In this document: piece by piece, positions 27,334-39,734 of the stretch
Layout: each line of letters opens with the position of its first letter
How positions within the stretch are numbered: position 1 is the first letter of the stretch
Source of the DNA: Eledone cirrhosa
Lineage: Eukaryota
Direction of reading: 5' to 3'
NCBI GenBank assembly: GCA_964016885.1
Contig: OZ024764.1
Location: 13,144,001-13,208,000, forward strand
Length of the DNA stretch: 64,000 nucleotides
Notes under the pieces: generated by a model
Told to the model about the DNA's origin: nothing
Databases searched by the model: none
What the model saw: only the letters and a program-made list of their open reading frames with translations
Translations under genes and position numbers: made by a program

Positions 27334-28590
27334 ACTGTAAAGTGGTAGTGCTGGTGTCATGATAAAATGCACCCAGTACACTCTGTAAATTGGTAGTGCT
27401 GGTACCATGATAAAATCCACCCAGTACACTCTGTAAAGTAGTAGTGCTGGTGCCATGATAAAATGCACCCAGTACACTCTGTAAAGTAGTAGTGCTGGTG
27501 CCATGATAAAATGCACCCAGTACACTCTGTAAAGTAGTAGCGCTGATGCCATGATAAAATGCACACAGTCCACTCTGTAAAGTGGTAGTATTTGTACCCT
27601 GAAAATCACCCAGTCCACTCTGTAAAGTAGTAGTGCTGGTGTCACAATAAAATGCACACAGCCCACATTATAAAGTGGCAGTGTTAGTACCACGATAAAA
27701 TGCACCCAACACACTCTGTAAAGTGGTAATGATTGTGCCATGAAAAAATGCACCCAACACACTCTGTAAAGTGGTAATGATTGTGCCATGAAAGAATGCA
27801 CCCAACACACTCTGTAAAGTGGTAATGATTGTGCCATGAAAGAATGCACCCAACACACTCTGTAAAGTGGTAATGATTGTGCCATGAAAAAATGCACCCA
27901 ACACACTCTGTAAAGTGGTAATGATTGTGCCATGAAAAAATGCACCCAACACACTCTGTAAAGTGGTAATGATTGTGCCATGAAAGAATGCACCCAACAC
28001 ACTCTGTAAAGTGGTAATGATTGTGCCATGAAAGAATGCACCCAACACACTCTGTAAAGTGGTAGTGATTGTGCCATGAAAGAATGCACCCAACACACTC
28101 TGTAAAGTGGTAATGATTGTGCCATGAAAGAATGCACCCAACACACTCTGTAAAGTGGTAGTGATCGTGCCATGAAAGAATGCACCCAACACACTCTGTA
28201 AAGTGGTAATGATTGTGCCATGAAAGAATGCACCCAACACACTCTGTAAAGTGGTAGTGATCGTGCCATGAAAGAATGCACCCAACACACTCTGTAAAGT
28301 GGTAGTGTTAGTTCCATGATTGAATACACCCAACACACTCTGTAAAGTGGTAGTGATTGTGCCATGAAAGAATGCACCCAACACACTCTGTAAAGTGGTA
28401 GTGTTAGTTCCATGATTGAATACACCCAGTACACAACTCAAAAGTGGTAATGATGGTGCCATGATAAAGTGCACCCAGTCCACTCTGTAAAGTAGTAGTG
28501 CTGGTGTCACAATAAAATGCACACAGCCCACATTATAAAGTGGCAGTGTGAGTACCACGATAAAACACCCAGTCCACTCTGTAAAGTAGT
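27334..28590. repeat. 48-bp minisatellite (about 26 copies), related to the SINE module
   Basis: Unit CTCTGTAAAGTGGTAATGATTGTGCCATGAAAGAATGCACCCAACACA. Sibling arrays at about 46845-47322 (reverse) and 62273-62512. Confidence 0.9.
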
Positions 28591-29224
28591 GTCTAGGGCA
28601 TATTTAAACCTGGCAGAGCCCAACCCACACCAGGTCTGATTTTTTTCTATAGAGGAAGAATCGACTCAGTAGTTAACTGGTACTTTTTTTTTATCGACCT
28701 CGGCGGGATTTGAACTCAGAGCACGCAATGAGGTGGGACGAATGTTGTAAACCATTCTATCCAACGCCTTAACAGCTCTGCCAATTTGCCGCCTTACACA
28801 CACATATATATGACAATGTCTATAGTTATCTCTTACACATCTACATAATATGCTCCCTATCTATGTATACTTTTATTTATCTCACAAACCCCACCCCACA
28901 AGGTCTTTTTGTATGTCTCACCCAACTTTTTGAAATCATTCTGTCTGTCTACCTATCTACCTGTCTGGCATCTTATCTCTTAACATCCTGTAATGATTCA
29001 GCAGGAAATATCTAAAACCAAGTTTGTTAATTCAGATGTTTATAGTATCTTTACTAGTGGACAAACTTGTGAAGATTTGCACTACACTAAAGACTTTAAT
29101 ATTTAATGTGATGCAGTTGTTTTGTACTTTTCAAGAATGTCTTATTAATGTTTTATGTGATTTGTTAATTCAGATGTTTATAGTTTCTTTACTAGTGGAC
29201 AGATTGTTGTAAAAATTTGTGGTA

Positions 29225-30797
29225 TTAACCTTTAGCATTTATACTACTCTATATATACTATTATATTTTCACAGGATGGTGGTTTGGCAGTATCGGTAGA
29301 GAGTCAGACACCATGCTTTGCAGCATAGAGTTACGCCCCTTTATCGTCTGAGTTCAAATCCTGCTGAGGTTAACTTTGCCTTTCAACCTTACTGGGCGAT
29401 AAAATAAAGTACCAGTAATACACTGGGATAATTGCTGGCCTTGTGCCAAAACTAGAAACAATTATATTTTCACAGTAAAGGCTTTATCTTACATAATGTA
29501 TATATAGAGTAATGTAAATGTTATGTGAGGTATTATGTGAGGTAAAGCCTTTACTGTGAAAATACAATAGTATATATAGAGTAATGTAAATGTTAAATGA
29601 GATATTATGTGAGGTAAAGCCTTTACTGTGACAATACAATAGTATATATAGAGTAATGTAAATGTTATGTGGGATATTATGTGAGGTAAAGACTTTACTG
29701 TGACAATACAATAGTATATATAGAGTAATGTAAATGTTATGTGAGATATTATGTGAGGTAAAGCCTTTACTGTGAAAATACAATAGTATATATAGAGTAA
29801 TGTAAATATTAAGTGAGATATTATGTGAAGTAAAGCCTTTACTGTGAAAATACAATAGTATATATAGAGTAATGTAAATGTTATGTGAGATATTATGTGA
29901 GGTAAAGCCTTTACTGTGAAAATACAATAGTATATATAGAGTAATGTAAATATTAAGTGAGATATTATGTGAGGTAAAGCCTTTACTGTGAAAATACAAT
30001 AGTATATATAGAGTAATGTAAATATTATGCGAGATATTATGTGAGGTAAAGCCTTTACTGTGAAAATACAATAGTATATATAGAGTAATGTAAATGTTAT
30101 GTGAGATATTATGTGAGGTAAAGACTTTACTGTGACAATACAATAGTATATATAGAGTAATGTAAATGTTATGTGAGGTAAAGCCTTTACTGTGAAAATA
30201 CGATAGTATATATAGAGTAATGTAAATATTAAGTGAGATATTATGTGAGGTAAAGCCTTTACTGTGAAAATACAATAGTATATATAGAGTAATGTAAATA
30301 TTATGTGAGGTAAAGCCTTTACTGTGAAAATACAATAGTATATATAGAGTAATGTAAATGTTATGTGAGATATTATGTGAGGTAAAGACTTTACTGTGAC
30401 AATACAATAGTATATATAGAGTAATGTAAATGTTAAGTGAGATATTATGTGAGGTAAAGACTTTACTGTGACAATACAATAGTATATATAGAGTAATGTA
30501 AATGTTAAGTGAGATATTATGTGAGGTAAAGCCTTTACTGTGAATATACAATAGTATATATAGAGTAATGTAAATGTTAAGTGAGATATTATGTGAGGTA
30601 AAGACTTTACTGTGACAATACAATAGTATATATAGAGTAATGTAAATGTTAAGTGAGATATTATGTGAGGTAAAGCCTTTACTGTGAATATACAATAGTA
30701 TATATAGAGTAATGTAAATGTTATGTGATATAAAGCCTTTACCATCAAAATACAGTAGTATATATATATATAGAGTAATGTAAATGCTAAAGGGTTA
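29225..30797. repeat. 72/60-bp minisatellite derived from the MITE left arm, bounded by inverted MITE ends
   Basis: About 18 units of TGTGAGGTAAAGCCTTTACTGTGAAAATACAATAGTATATATAGAGTAATGTAAATG.. at 29495-30790. TTAACCTTTAGCATTTA at 29225 and TAAATGCTAAAGGGTTAA at 30780-30797. Confidence 0.9.
29275..29460 (+). mobile_element. Family B SINE inserted into a MITE
   Basis: 15-bp TSD ATTATATTTTCACAG at 29260-29274 and 29461-29475. Confidence 0.85.
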
Positions 30798-31149
30798 AAG
30801 TTACTTTCCAATAAATAATTCTCGAGTTCTTATTCTTAACTAAATATGTTTCCTTCTTTCTTTTTCTCCACAGAACACAACTCTACTACAAATAGTTTCA
30901 ACATTTACCTGGATTGTTGATAAGCAGAATATTTCGATGCTTGTTCCGACGTTGGACTTCGTCTACTTCATTTCGAATTGCAACGTAGCTCTGTTGACAT
31001 CATCGCTATCAAACAGCCAAGGGTTGAAACTGACCTTACCTGACCTGTCCTAACTGGACACACACACCCCACAGCTCACACCTGAGACCTCACTTTGCTT
31101 GACCTGGCTTCATTTCACCTCACCTCACTACACCTCACCCTGACCTGAC

Positions 31150-34110
31150 ATGCGCACCAAATCCCTGAGGAATCGGTGTATGGACGACGGAGAAGAAAAC
31201 GACGATGACGGTGGACTGACCCCGAAAACCATGGGGTTGGTGGAGCCCTCAGCCGGCAGCGGTGTTGGTGGGGAGTTGTCGTTTGCAGGCAGAGGCGGTG
31301 GAACAGGGGTGAGCGATGGAAGGGAGGTCGGTTACACCAACAACACAACAGTGACCAACCCGGGCAGCTTCACGACAGGCGGCCATGCTGGCTTTACGAC
31401 TGACACCACTGGGAGCTTCTCAACAGGAGGCAACGGCGGCTTCGCAGCCGACCACACGGGCTTCACAACTGGAGACAACACGGGCTTCTTTACAACAAGG
31501 GAAGACAACTCCTGTAGCTTCACGACGGACGGCGCTGCCAACTTCACAGCAATGAACGCTGGCATCACATCGGGAGAGGACAACAGTTCTGGTTTCACAG
31601 CAATGAACAGTGGCCTCACAACAGGAGAGAACAACATGGGCTGCTTCACAACACCAGCCGACAACAACATGACCAACTTCACGACAAACGCCGACGCCAA
31701 CTTCACAACAAACGCGGACAACTCGAACACGGACGACGGCTTCACGGCTAGCATCAACACCGACAGCATGACGACGACGACGACGGCGGCAGCAGCATCA
31801 ACAGCGTCTAGCATGGCGATCGGTCACACCGCACCCACCCCCGACGGCAACAGCGCGACGGCGGACATCGAGAATGCAGCGGCGCAGAAAGCGTGCCAGA
31901 TGTGCGGCAAGTTGCACAACCAAGATGACGACATATTCAAATACCTCTCCGTGCTGCCCGAGGACGAGCGCTACAAGTGTCACTACTGCGCGGAGTCCTT
32001 CTCGTACAGCTGCCTGTTTGCTGCGCACATGAGGACGTGCACGCCTCCAGCTTCTTCGGAGGCAGACTCTCCCGCCGTGGACATTCTGCACCACTCTGCG
32101 GCCGCATTCCCGCAGTCGATGGCGCTGCCGTCGGTGGCCAGTGGGTGTGGCGGTGTTAATGCCGTGTCGATGTCGTCCACCCTGTCGCCGTCCCCGCCTT
32201 TGCGGTCGGCTGCTATGTCATCGATGGGCAATGCCGTCTCCATGAAGTGCGGTTGTGGCGTTGGTCCGTGTGGTAGTGGTGGCGGTGTGGGGAGCGGCGG
32301 CGGCGGCGGCGGCGGTGGTGGTGGTGGTGGTGGTTCGTGTTGTGGTAGTGATGGTGTCGGCTCCACGTGTTGTAGTGGTGGTGGTGGTGGTGGTGGTGGT
32401 GGTAGTGGGGGAGGTTCGTACTGCAGTGGTGGCAGTGGTGGTGGTGGTAGAGGAGGGGGAGGAAGAGTAGGTCCATATACTGGAGGTGGCCGAGAGAGAG
32501 GTGGTGGTGGAGGAGGTGGTAGTGGTGGTGGTGGTGGTGGTGGTGGTGGTGCCCCGTGTTGTGGTGGCGGTGGAGGTGGAGTAGGAGTAGGAGGAGGGAG
32601 ATACGACTCTTGCTGCAGTGAAGCTGGTGGTGGTGGTGGTGGAAGCATGTGTGGTGGTGGCGGAGACCTATGTTGCAGTGGTGGCGGCGGTGGTGGTGGT
32701 GGTGGTGGAGGTAGGCTAGATGCTTGTTGTGGTGGAGGTGGTGGGGGTGGTGTTGGGAGAGTTGATTCTTGCTGTGGGGGTGGAAGAGTAGACACGTGTT
32801 GTAGTGGTGGTGGTGGCGGTGGTGGCAGTGGTAGAGGAAACACATATCGTAGTGGTGGTGGTGGTGGTGGTGGTGGTGGTGAAGCTGGAAGACTAGATTC
32901 TTGCTGTGGCATTGGCGGGAGGGGAGCCACCTGTGGTGGTGGCAGTACTGCCGGTAATGGAGGAGGAGGCAGCCCCTGCTGTTTGCCACAGGCACCGAGC
33001 TGCTGTGCCCCCGGCGCAAAGTGCTCCGCGGGCACCAACGCCTCCGGACTGACCTCCCCGCCGACGACGACGGCGGCGGCAGCAGCAGCGACAGCAGCAG
33101 CATCGCCAGCAATTTATGACAACTCGTCGAAAATCCGACGCCACCAGCACCATCAGCAGCAGCACCATCACCAACACCACCATCACCCTCATCACCCTCA
33201 TCACCCACACCAACAGCACCATCACCCACACCAGCACCAACACCATCATCCTCACCATTCACACCAGCAGCAGCAGCAGCAGCAGCATCACCAGCACCAT
33301 CAACACCATCAGCATCATCAACACCATCAGCACCATCATCAACAGCAGCAGCAGCAGCAGCAGTGTCATCAGAATTCTAGCCGAATGTTCGACCATTCGA
33401 CATCTGGAGGTGGAGGTGGTGGTGGTGGTGGTGGGGCTGGTTTCAAGTGTGAAGGGTGCGGTCATGTCCTGGCGAACCGGCTTGCACTGAGGACCCACAT
33501 TGAGAGGGAGCACAATGGCAAGGCCCCACTCGACTGCGACTTCTGCCTCAAGCGCTGTTCCTCAACCGCCGACCTTGCTCTCCATAAGAGGAAGCACATG
33601 AAAAACTTTGCCAATGCCACCCCAAACATGACCAACACACCAGCCGGTAGTGGCTGCAGTGCTGGTATCGGAGTTGGCAGTGTCGGTGGTGGTGGTAGTG
33701 TCGGTAGCGGCGGCAGTGGTGGTGGTGGTGGTAGCGGTGGAAGCGGTGCGCTTGCGTCATACAAATGCCAGTGCTGTAACCGTTTCTTTCACAGCCGGTC
33801 GCAGCTCGTCGAGCACGAACGGGTGCATGCCGGCACGTCGCCGTACCGATGCGAGTTCTGCAACCGCGGCTTTTCCTACCGCTCGAATCTCATTGTGCAC
33901 AAACGGGTACACGACAGCAAGCGGAATCACTTTGAGTGTGACCAGTGTGGCCAAACCTTCCAGCACGGTGCGCAGCTGACGCGCCACAAGCTGGTGCACA
34001 CCACAGACAAGCCGCTAGACTGTCGCCACTGTGGCAAACGGTTCCTGATATACAGCAAGCTGATGGAACATATTAACCAGTCACATCCGACTAACACCAG
34101 CAGAGCGTGA
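31150..34110 (+). CDS. C2H2 zinc-finger protein, 986 aa, single coding exon
   Basis: Long GC-rich ORF preceded by a strong acceptor (polypyrimidine-CAG ending 30873). It has six C2H2 fingers (FKCEGC..HIEREH, LDCDFC..HKRKH, YKCQCC..HERVH, YRCEFC..HKRVH, FECDQC..HKLVH, LDCRHC..HINQSH) and one C2HC finger (YKCHYC..HMRTC). An alternative start ATG lies at 31180. Confidence 0.93.
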   Translation: MRTKSLRNRCMDDGEENDDDGGLTPKTMGLVEPSAGSGVGGELSFAGRGGGTGVSDGREVGYTNNTTVTNPGSFTTGGHAGFTTDTTGSFSTGGNGGFAADHTGFTTGDNTGFFTTREDNSCSFTTDGAANFTAMNAGITSGEDNSSGFTAMNSGLTTGENNMGCFTTPADNNMTNFTTNADANFTTNADNSNTDDGFTASINTDSMTTTTTAAAASTASSMAIGHTAPTPDGNSATADIENAAAQKACQMCGKLHNQDDDIFKYLSVLPEDERYKCHYCAESFSYSCLFAAHMRTCTPPASSEADSPAVDILHHSAAAFPQSMALPSVASGCGGVNAVSMSSTLSPSPPLRSAAMSSMGNAVSMKCGCGVGPCGSGGGVGSGGGGGGGGGGGGGSCCGSDGVGSTCCSGGGGGGGGGSGGGSYCSGGSGGGGRGGGGRVGPYTGGGRERGGGGGGGSGGGGGGGGGAPCCGGGGGGVGVGGGRYDSCCSEAGGGGGGSMCGGGGDLCCSGGGGGGGGGGGRLDACCGGGGGGGVGRVDSCCGGGRVDTCCSGGGGGGGSGRGNTYRSGGGGGGGGGEAGRLDSCCGIGGRGATCGGGSTAGNGGGGSPCCLPQAPSCCAPGAKCSAGTNASGLTSPPTTTAAAAAATAAASPAIYDNSSKIRRHQHHQQQHHHQHHHHPHHPHHPHQQHHHPHQHQHHHPHHSHQQQQQQQHHQHHQHHQHHQHHQHHHQQQQQQQQCHQNSSRMFDHSTSGGGGGGGGGGAGFKCEGCGHVLANRLALRTHIEREHNGKAPLDCDFCLKRCSSTADLALHKRKHMKNFANATPNMTNTPAGSGCSAGIGVGSVGGGGSVGSGGSGGGGGSGGSGALASYKCQCCNRFFHSRSQLVEHERVHAGTSPYRCEFCNRGFSYRSNLIVHKRVHDSKRNHFECDQCGQTFQHGAQLTRHKLVHTTDKPLDCRHCGKRFLIYSKLMEHINQSHPTNTSRA

Positions 34111-34227
34111 CTGCACCTTTCTCTCACTGACTGACCAATTGACCGATCGACTGACTGACTGACTGACCAATCCACCAAAACATCTGTACTGGATTCCACT
34201 ACCACTGATTCCTTTCAATGACTATAC

Positions 34228-34892
34228 CCAGGACCCTTTTCAAGGACAACGATCTGGTCCTTTAAAGAACTAAACACTGGCCCCTTTTCAAGGACTACAT
34301 TACTGGCCCTTTTCAAGGACTACATTACTGGCCCTTTTCAAGGACTACATTACTGGCCCTTTTCAAGGACTATATGCTGATCCTTTTTAAGGACTATATG
34401 CTGATCCTTTTTAAGGACTACATGCTGATCCTTTTTAAGGACTACATGCTGGCCCTTTTCAAGGACTACATGCTGACCCTTTTCAAGGACTACATGCTGA
34501 CCCTTTTCAAGGACTACATGCTGACCCTTTTCAAGGACAATATGCTGATCCTTTTTAAGGACTACATGCTGGCCCTTTTCAAGGACTACAAGCTGGCCCT
34601 TAAAGAACTAAACACTGGCCCTTTTCAAGGACTACAAGCTAGTCCTTTAAAGAACTAAACATTGGCCCTTTTCAAGGACTACATACTGGCCTTTTTCAAG
34701 GATAACAAGCTGGTCCTTTAAAGAACTACACACTAGCCCTTTTCAAGGACTATATGCTGATCCTTTTTAAGGACTACATGCTGGCCCTTTTCAAGGACAT
34801 GCTGGCTTCTTTTAAGAACTAAACACTGGCCCAGCTGGTCCTTTAAAGAACTACAGGCTGGTCCTTTTCAGGGACTATACGCTGGTCCCTTT
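34228..34892. repeat. 24-bp minisatellite just downstream of the zinc-finger stop codon
   Basis: Unit approximately CAAGGACTACATGCTGGCCCTTTT. Confidence 0.85.
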
Positions 34893-35529
34893 CATGTCAC
34901 AACCCTGAATCTCACCTATCAGCAATACCCCCAACAGAAATATATGCATAACAGCCTTTGCAAGCCCCACCCACAACAGCAATACATGCATGACAACCCT
35001 GTTACACACACCCATCAATCATCCACAAACAACACCCACCCACCCACCCACCATAAGAGAAATGCATACACTACAACACTGTCATACTACATCCTTGTAC
35101 CAAGCCCATTAGCAACGCCCCTAAAATAAATTACATGCAAAAAAGAGCCCCTCCAAATCACACCCCTAACAGAAATAAATACATGATCACAATGTCAAGC
35201 CATGCCTCTGCCTCCCTCAAACAAGCAAAGCCACACCCTCTGGCCATGTCTCTCCCTCCCTCAAACAACCACAGCATTCTTTACATCATGAATCCTTCTC
35301 CAGGTCTGTACACTGTCTATCAGTTCTAGAGAGGAAGGCTAGAGACAGAGAAAGAGATAGAACACAAAAAAGGCCCTTCCAAAATCACACTTCCAACAGA
35401 AAAACCTGCATGACCAGAGCCAAGACACACCCTAGGGCCAGATCTCTCCCTTCCTCAAACAACCACAGCATTCTTTACATCATGAGTCCCTCCCCAGGTT
35501 TGTACACAGCCTATCAGTTCTAGAGAGGA

Positions 35530-36435
35530 AGGCGAGAGAGAGCGAGATAGAACACAAAAAAAGCCCCTCTAACTCACACCCTAGGGCCATGTCTTTCCCT
35601 TTCTCCCTCAAAAGCTACATCATGATGAAGACAAGAGAGAGCGAGATAGAACACAAAAAAAGCCCCTCTAACTCACACCCTAGAGCCATGTCTTTCCCTT
35701 TCTCCCTCAAAAGCCACAGCACTCTTTACATCATGAGGAAGACAAGAGAGCGAGATAGTACACAAAAAAAGCCCCTCTAAATCACACCCTAGGGCCATGT
35801 CTTTCCCTTTCTCCCTCAAAAGCCACAGCACTCTTTACATCATGAGGAAGACAAGAGAGCGAGATAGTACACAAAAAAAGCCCCTCTAAATCACACCCAA
35901 GGGCCATGTCTTTCCCTTTCTCCCTCAAAAGCCACAGCACTCTTTACATCATGAGGAAGACAAGAGAGCGAGATAGAACACAAAAAAACCCCTCTAAATC
36001 ACACCCTAGGGCCATGTCTTTCCCTTTCTCCCTCAAAAGAAAAGCCACAGCACTTTTTACATCATGAGGAAGACAAGAGAGAGAGCGAGATAGAACACAA
36101 AAAAAGCCCCTCTAAATCACACCCTAGGGCCATGTCTTTCCCTTTCTCCCTCAAAAGCCACAGCACTCTTTACATCATGATGAAGACAAGAAAGAGAGCT
36201 AGATAGAACACAAAAAAAGCCCCTCTAAATCACACCCTAGGGCCATGTCTTTCCCTTTCTCCCTCAAAAGCCACAGCACTCTTTACATCATGAGGTAGAC
36301 AAGAGAGAGAGATAGAACACAAAAAAACCCCTCTAAATCACACCCTAGGGCCATGTCTTTCCCTTTCTCCCTCAAAAGCCACAACACTCTTTACATCATG
36401 AGGTAGACAAAAAAAAAAAAGCACCTCTAAACCCA
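35530..36435. repeat. About 109-115-bp tandem repeat (about 8 copies)
   Basis: CCCCTCTAAATCACACCCTAGGGCCATGTCTTTCCCTTTCTCCCTCAAAAG recurs at about 35771, 35880, 35989 and onward. Confidence 0.88.
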
Positions 36436-37402
36436 CCCCTTCCCCCCCGCAACAATGTCAAGCCACACCCTCGGGCCATGTCTGTACACAGCTTATTAGT
36501 TCTAGAGAGGAAGGCAAGAGAAAGAGTGGGAGATGGGTGAAGGTACCACCACTCCAGGAATGTCAAGCTGTACTGTACGTTTATCGACCTCAAAAGAAGC
36601 AAAGAAAGGCAAAGTTGATTTTTGGCGGGATTTGAACTCAGAAAGCCAGAATGAATGCTGCCAAGTGTTCTAACAACCTTTTTTTTATATATATATATAT
36701 ATATATAGCCCAGTTCTTATTATATCAAACTTTGTTTATCAATCTGCTATGTCATACGACACATGGACACTACACTGATGGAAACTATCTCTTTTAACTG
36801 GTGTAAATATAAATACATGGCTTTGTGTGTGTATGTGTGTATATATATAATATATATATATATAATATGTATATAATACATATATATATATATATAATAC
36901 ATATATATATATATATAATATATAATATAATACATATATATATATATAATATATAATATGTATATAATACATATATATATAATATATAATATGTATATAT
37001 AAATATATATGTATATATAATACATATATATATAATATATAATATGTATATATAAATATATATGTATATATAATACATGTATATATATATATCCACACTT
37101 TTGCAAAGAGAATTGTTTGTATATCAATGTACATAGACAAAATATTTATATACAATAATATACAGACACCCACATGTGAATATGTGTGTATATATATATA
37201 TACATATATACACACAATACACTGAAAAATCAACTGACATACATACTTACATACACACATTATAAAATGTTTTTGTTTGTTTTTTTCATGTCTGTTTAGA
37301 AAATTTTTATGTTTTTTTACAAAAAAAAAACTGTTTAGATTTTTGAAGAGGAGAATATACACTTTGATAAAACCAAATAAACGATTTGTTATATTTGTAT
37401 GT

Positions 37403-38171
37403 ATCATCATCATCATTTTATGTCCACTTTTCCCTGCTTGCAAGGGTGGGACGGGAACTGATTCTGGCTTGATTTCTACAGCTGGATGCCCTTCCTAACA
37501 CCAACCTCATTTACAGTGTGGACTGGGTACTTTTTTGCCGTGGCACCTCCACGACCACTTTATAGTGTGTGCTGGGTGCTTTTTTTGCTATGGCACCTCC
37601 ACGACCACTTTACAGTGAGTGCTGGGTGCTTTTTTGTTGTGGCACCTCCACGACCACTTTACAGTGAGTGCTGGGTGCTTTTTTGTCGTGGCACCTACAC
37701 GTCCACTTTACAGTGAGTGCTAGGTGCTTTTTTGTCGTGGCACCTACACGTCCACTTTACAGTGAGTGCTGGGTGCTTTTTTGTCGTGGCACCTACACGT
37801 CCACTTTACAGTGAGTGCTAGGTGCTTTTTTGTCGTGGCACCTACACGTCCACTTTACAGTGTGGGCTGGTGCTTTTTTGTCGTGGCACCTCCACGTCCA
37901 CTTTACAGTGTGTGCTGGGTGCTTTTTTTGCTGTGGCACCTCCACGTCCACTTTACAGTGTGGGCTGGGTGCTTTTTTGTCGTGGCACCTCCACGACCAC
38001 TTTACAGTGAGTACTGGGTGCTTTTTTGTCGTGGCACCTCCACGACCACTTTGCAGTGGAATGATATGGACCCCAGTCCCTATCATCTCATTTCTACAGC
38101 TGAGTAAACTGAAGCAATGTGAAATAAAGTGTCTTGCTCAAGGAAACAACACATCACTCGGTCTGAGAATT
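37403..38171 (-). mobile_element. SINE family A with about 11 modules
   Basis: Tail at 37403-37510, array at 37510-38055, core to 38171. Confidence 0.9.
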
Positions 38172-38318
38172 ATAGTGTGTATTATAATCACATAAAAATA
38201 TATGTATGTGTATATATATATAAATGTATCAGTAATAGTTGTATATATAAACATATATTACCGTGTAAAACTGAGGGTCATGTGATTTAAACCATGCCAA
38301 AGCAGCTTTTTTTACATC

Positions 38319-38668
38319 TACTGGGGATCATCTTCAATCTCTTCCACTTCTAAAACAACTTATCCATTTGTAGGGTGTTGATTTCTTTGGGGCATTGTCC
38401 CCATAAACCTGCTCCAGCGTGTCAATGATTTGACTGCTCTGCCGCCCGAGCTTCACCGTGAATTTGATGTTTTGATGGAGGCCATGTTGCCCGAGCAGAT
38501 GTTAACTTCCGACTGGCGGCACCACGTTGCAACATGCATTTAAGGGTTCATGTTAGAATATGTTAGGACACATTAGTAGAAGAACATACAGGTACATTGA
38601 GATCAAAATCTCTGCTTATGATTTTTAGCTATGTACTTTTTCCACAAACGTTTTGAAGCCCCCTCATA
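38319..38668 (-). mobile_element. Mariner (irritans/Hsmar2-like) 5' fragment
   Basis: TA-TGAGGGGGCTTCAAAA TIR-like end at 38668 and the HTH peptide IKFTVKLGRQSSQIIDTLEQVYGDNAPKKSTPYKWISCFRSGR. Confidence 0.8.
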
Positions 38669-39065
38669 TATTTAAATATATATATATATACAAACATATA
38701 TCAAAGGTATATATTGAGTTAGAAACTCAAAACAGTCTCTTAAATATATATATATTATATTATATTATATTTAGAGTTTAAACTCAAACAGTCATTTACA
38801 TGCGGAAAAGGTTTGAATTTTGAAATTTAAATTTGTCCAGGTACCACGGCTATTTGCCAATATGAGTTTGTGTATATTGATTTATTATTTTAAATCGATA
38901 CAGGCAAGCTATATTTATTTGAATTAGTTTATTTCATTCTAGCTAACTTCGTCTTTTACAATACAAACACTTAGGTGTTTATCATATATTAATTTATATT
39001 AACTTGTATATATATATATATATATATAAATGTATCAGTAATAGTTGTATAAATAAACATATATT

Positions 39066-39232
39066 ACCGTATTTCCCAGCGTCGAAGATGCTACTTTTTT
39101 CATAAAATAAGTCTCAAAAATCTACCATGAGTCCTGGAGGCCAAAGGTTGTTTATTATTTTTTTCAAATTTTTGGTTGTCAAAATTAGGGTCCCTCCTCA
39201 AGGATGAAGCATCTTCGGCACCGGGAAATAGG

Positions 39233-39278
<46 letters not shown>

Positions 39279-39500
39279 CCTATTTCCCGGTGTCGAAGAT
39301 GCTTCATCACATACACTGTATTTTCTGGGGTCGGAGACGCTACTTTTTTCCTAAAATAAATCTCAAAAACTACCATGCATCCTGGTAGCCGAAGGTTTAT
39401 TTTTTTCAAACTTTTGGTTGTCAAATTAGGGTGCGTCCTCAAGGACAAAGTGTCTTCATTGCCGGGAACAAAGTATCTTCGTTGCCGGGAAATACAGTAC
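39066..39500. mobile_element. Two adjacent pogo/Tigger-like MITEs
   Basis: Ends of the form CCGTATTTCCC.GCGTCGAAGATGC ... GCATCTTCGGCACCGGGAAATA at 39066-39232, and again at 39278-39499. Confidence 0.6.
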
Positions 39501-39734
39501 ATTACTAGATCTCTCCAAATTCTCGATTATTTCCGAAATTATTTGAAAATCAAAGGCAGTGTCTTTTGTTAGAAATACGGTTAATAAAAGGATTAAATAA
39601 TACAGAACCCAGAAACCCCAAAAAATTAATTAAAAAAAAAACAAATGAATTAAGAAAGAAAGAAAAATTTATCAATCATTAGCTGAGGTGTTTGTTGTTG
39701 TTGTTGTTGTTGTTGGCATGGTAACTGGCTGTGG

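Noticed and set aside
25656-28558. 534-, 492-, 379- and 296-aa ORFs
   Set aside because: Open frames through stop-poor minisatellites, with no domains or exon signals.
29484-30811. 403/440-aa ORFs (also 43897-44834)
   Set aside because: Translations of the 72-bp MITE-derived satellite.
31332-34205. Overlapping antisense and alternate-frame ORFs over the zinc-finger gene
   Set aside because: Shadows of GC-rich, triplet-repeat codons with no independent motifs.
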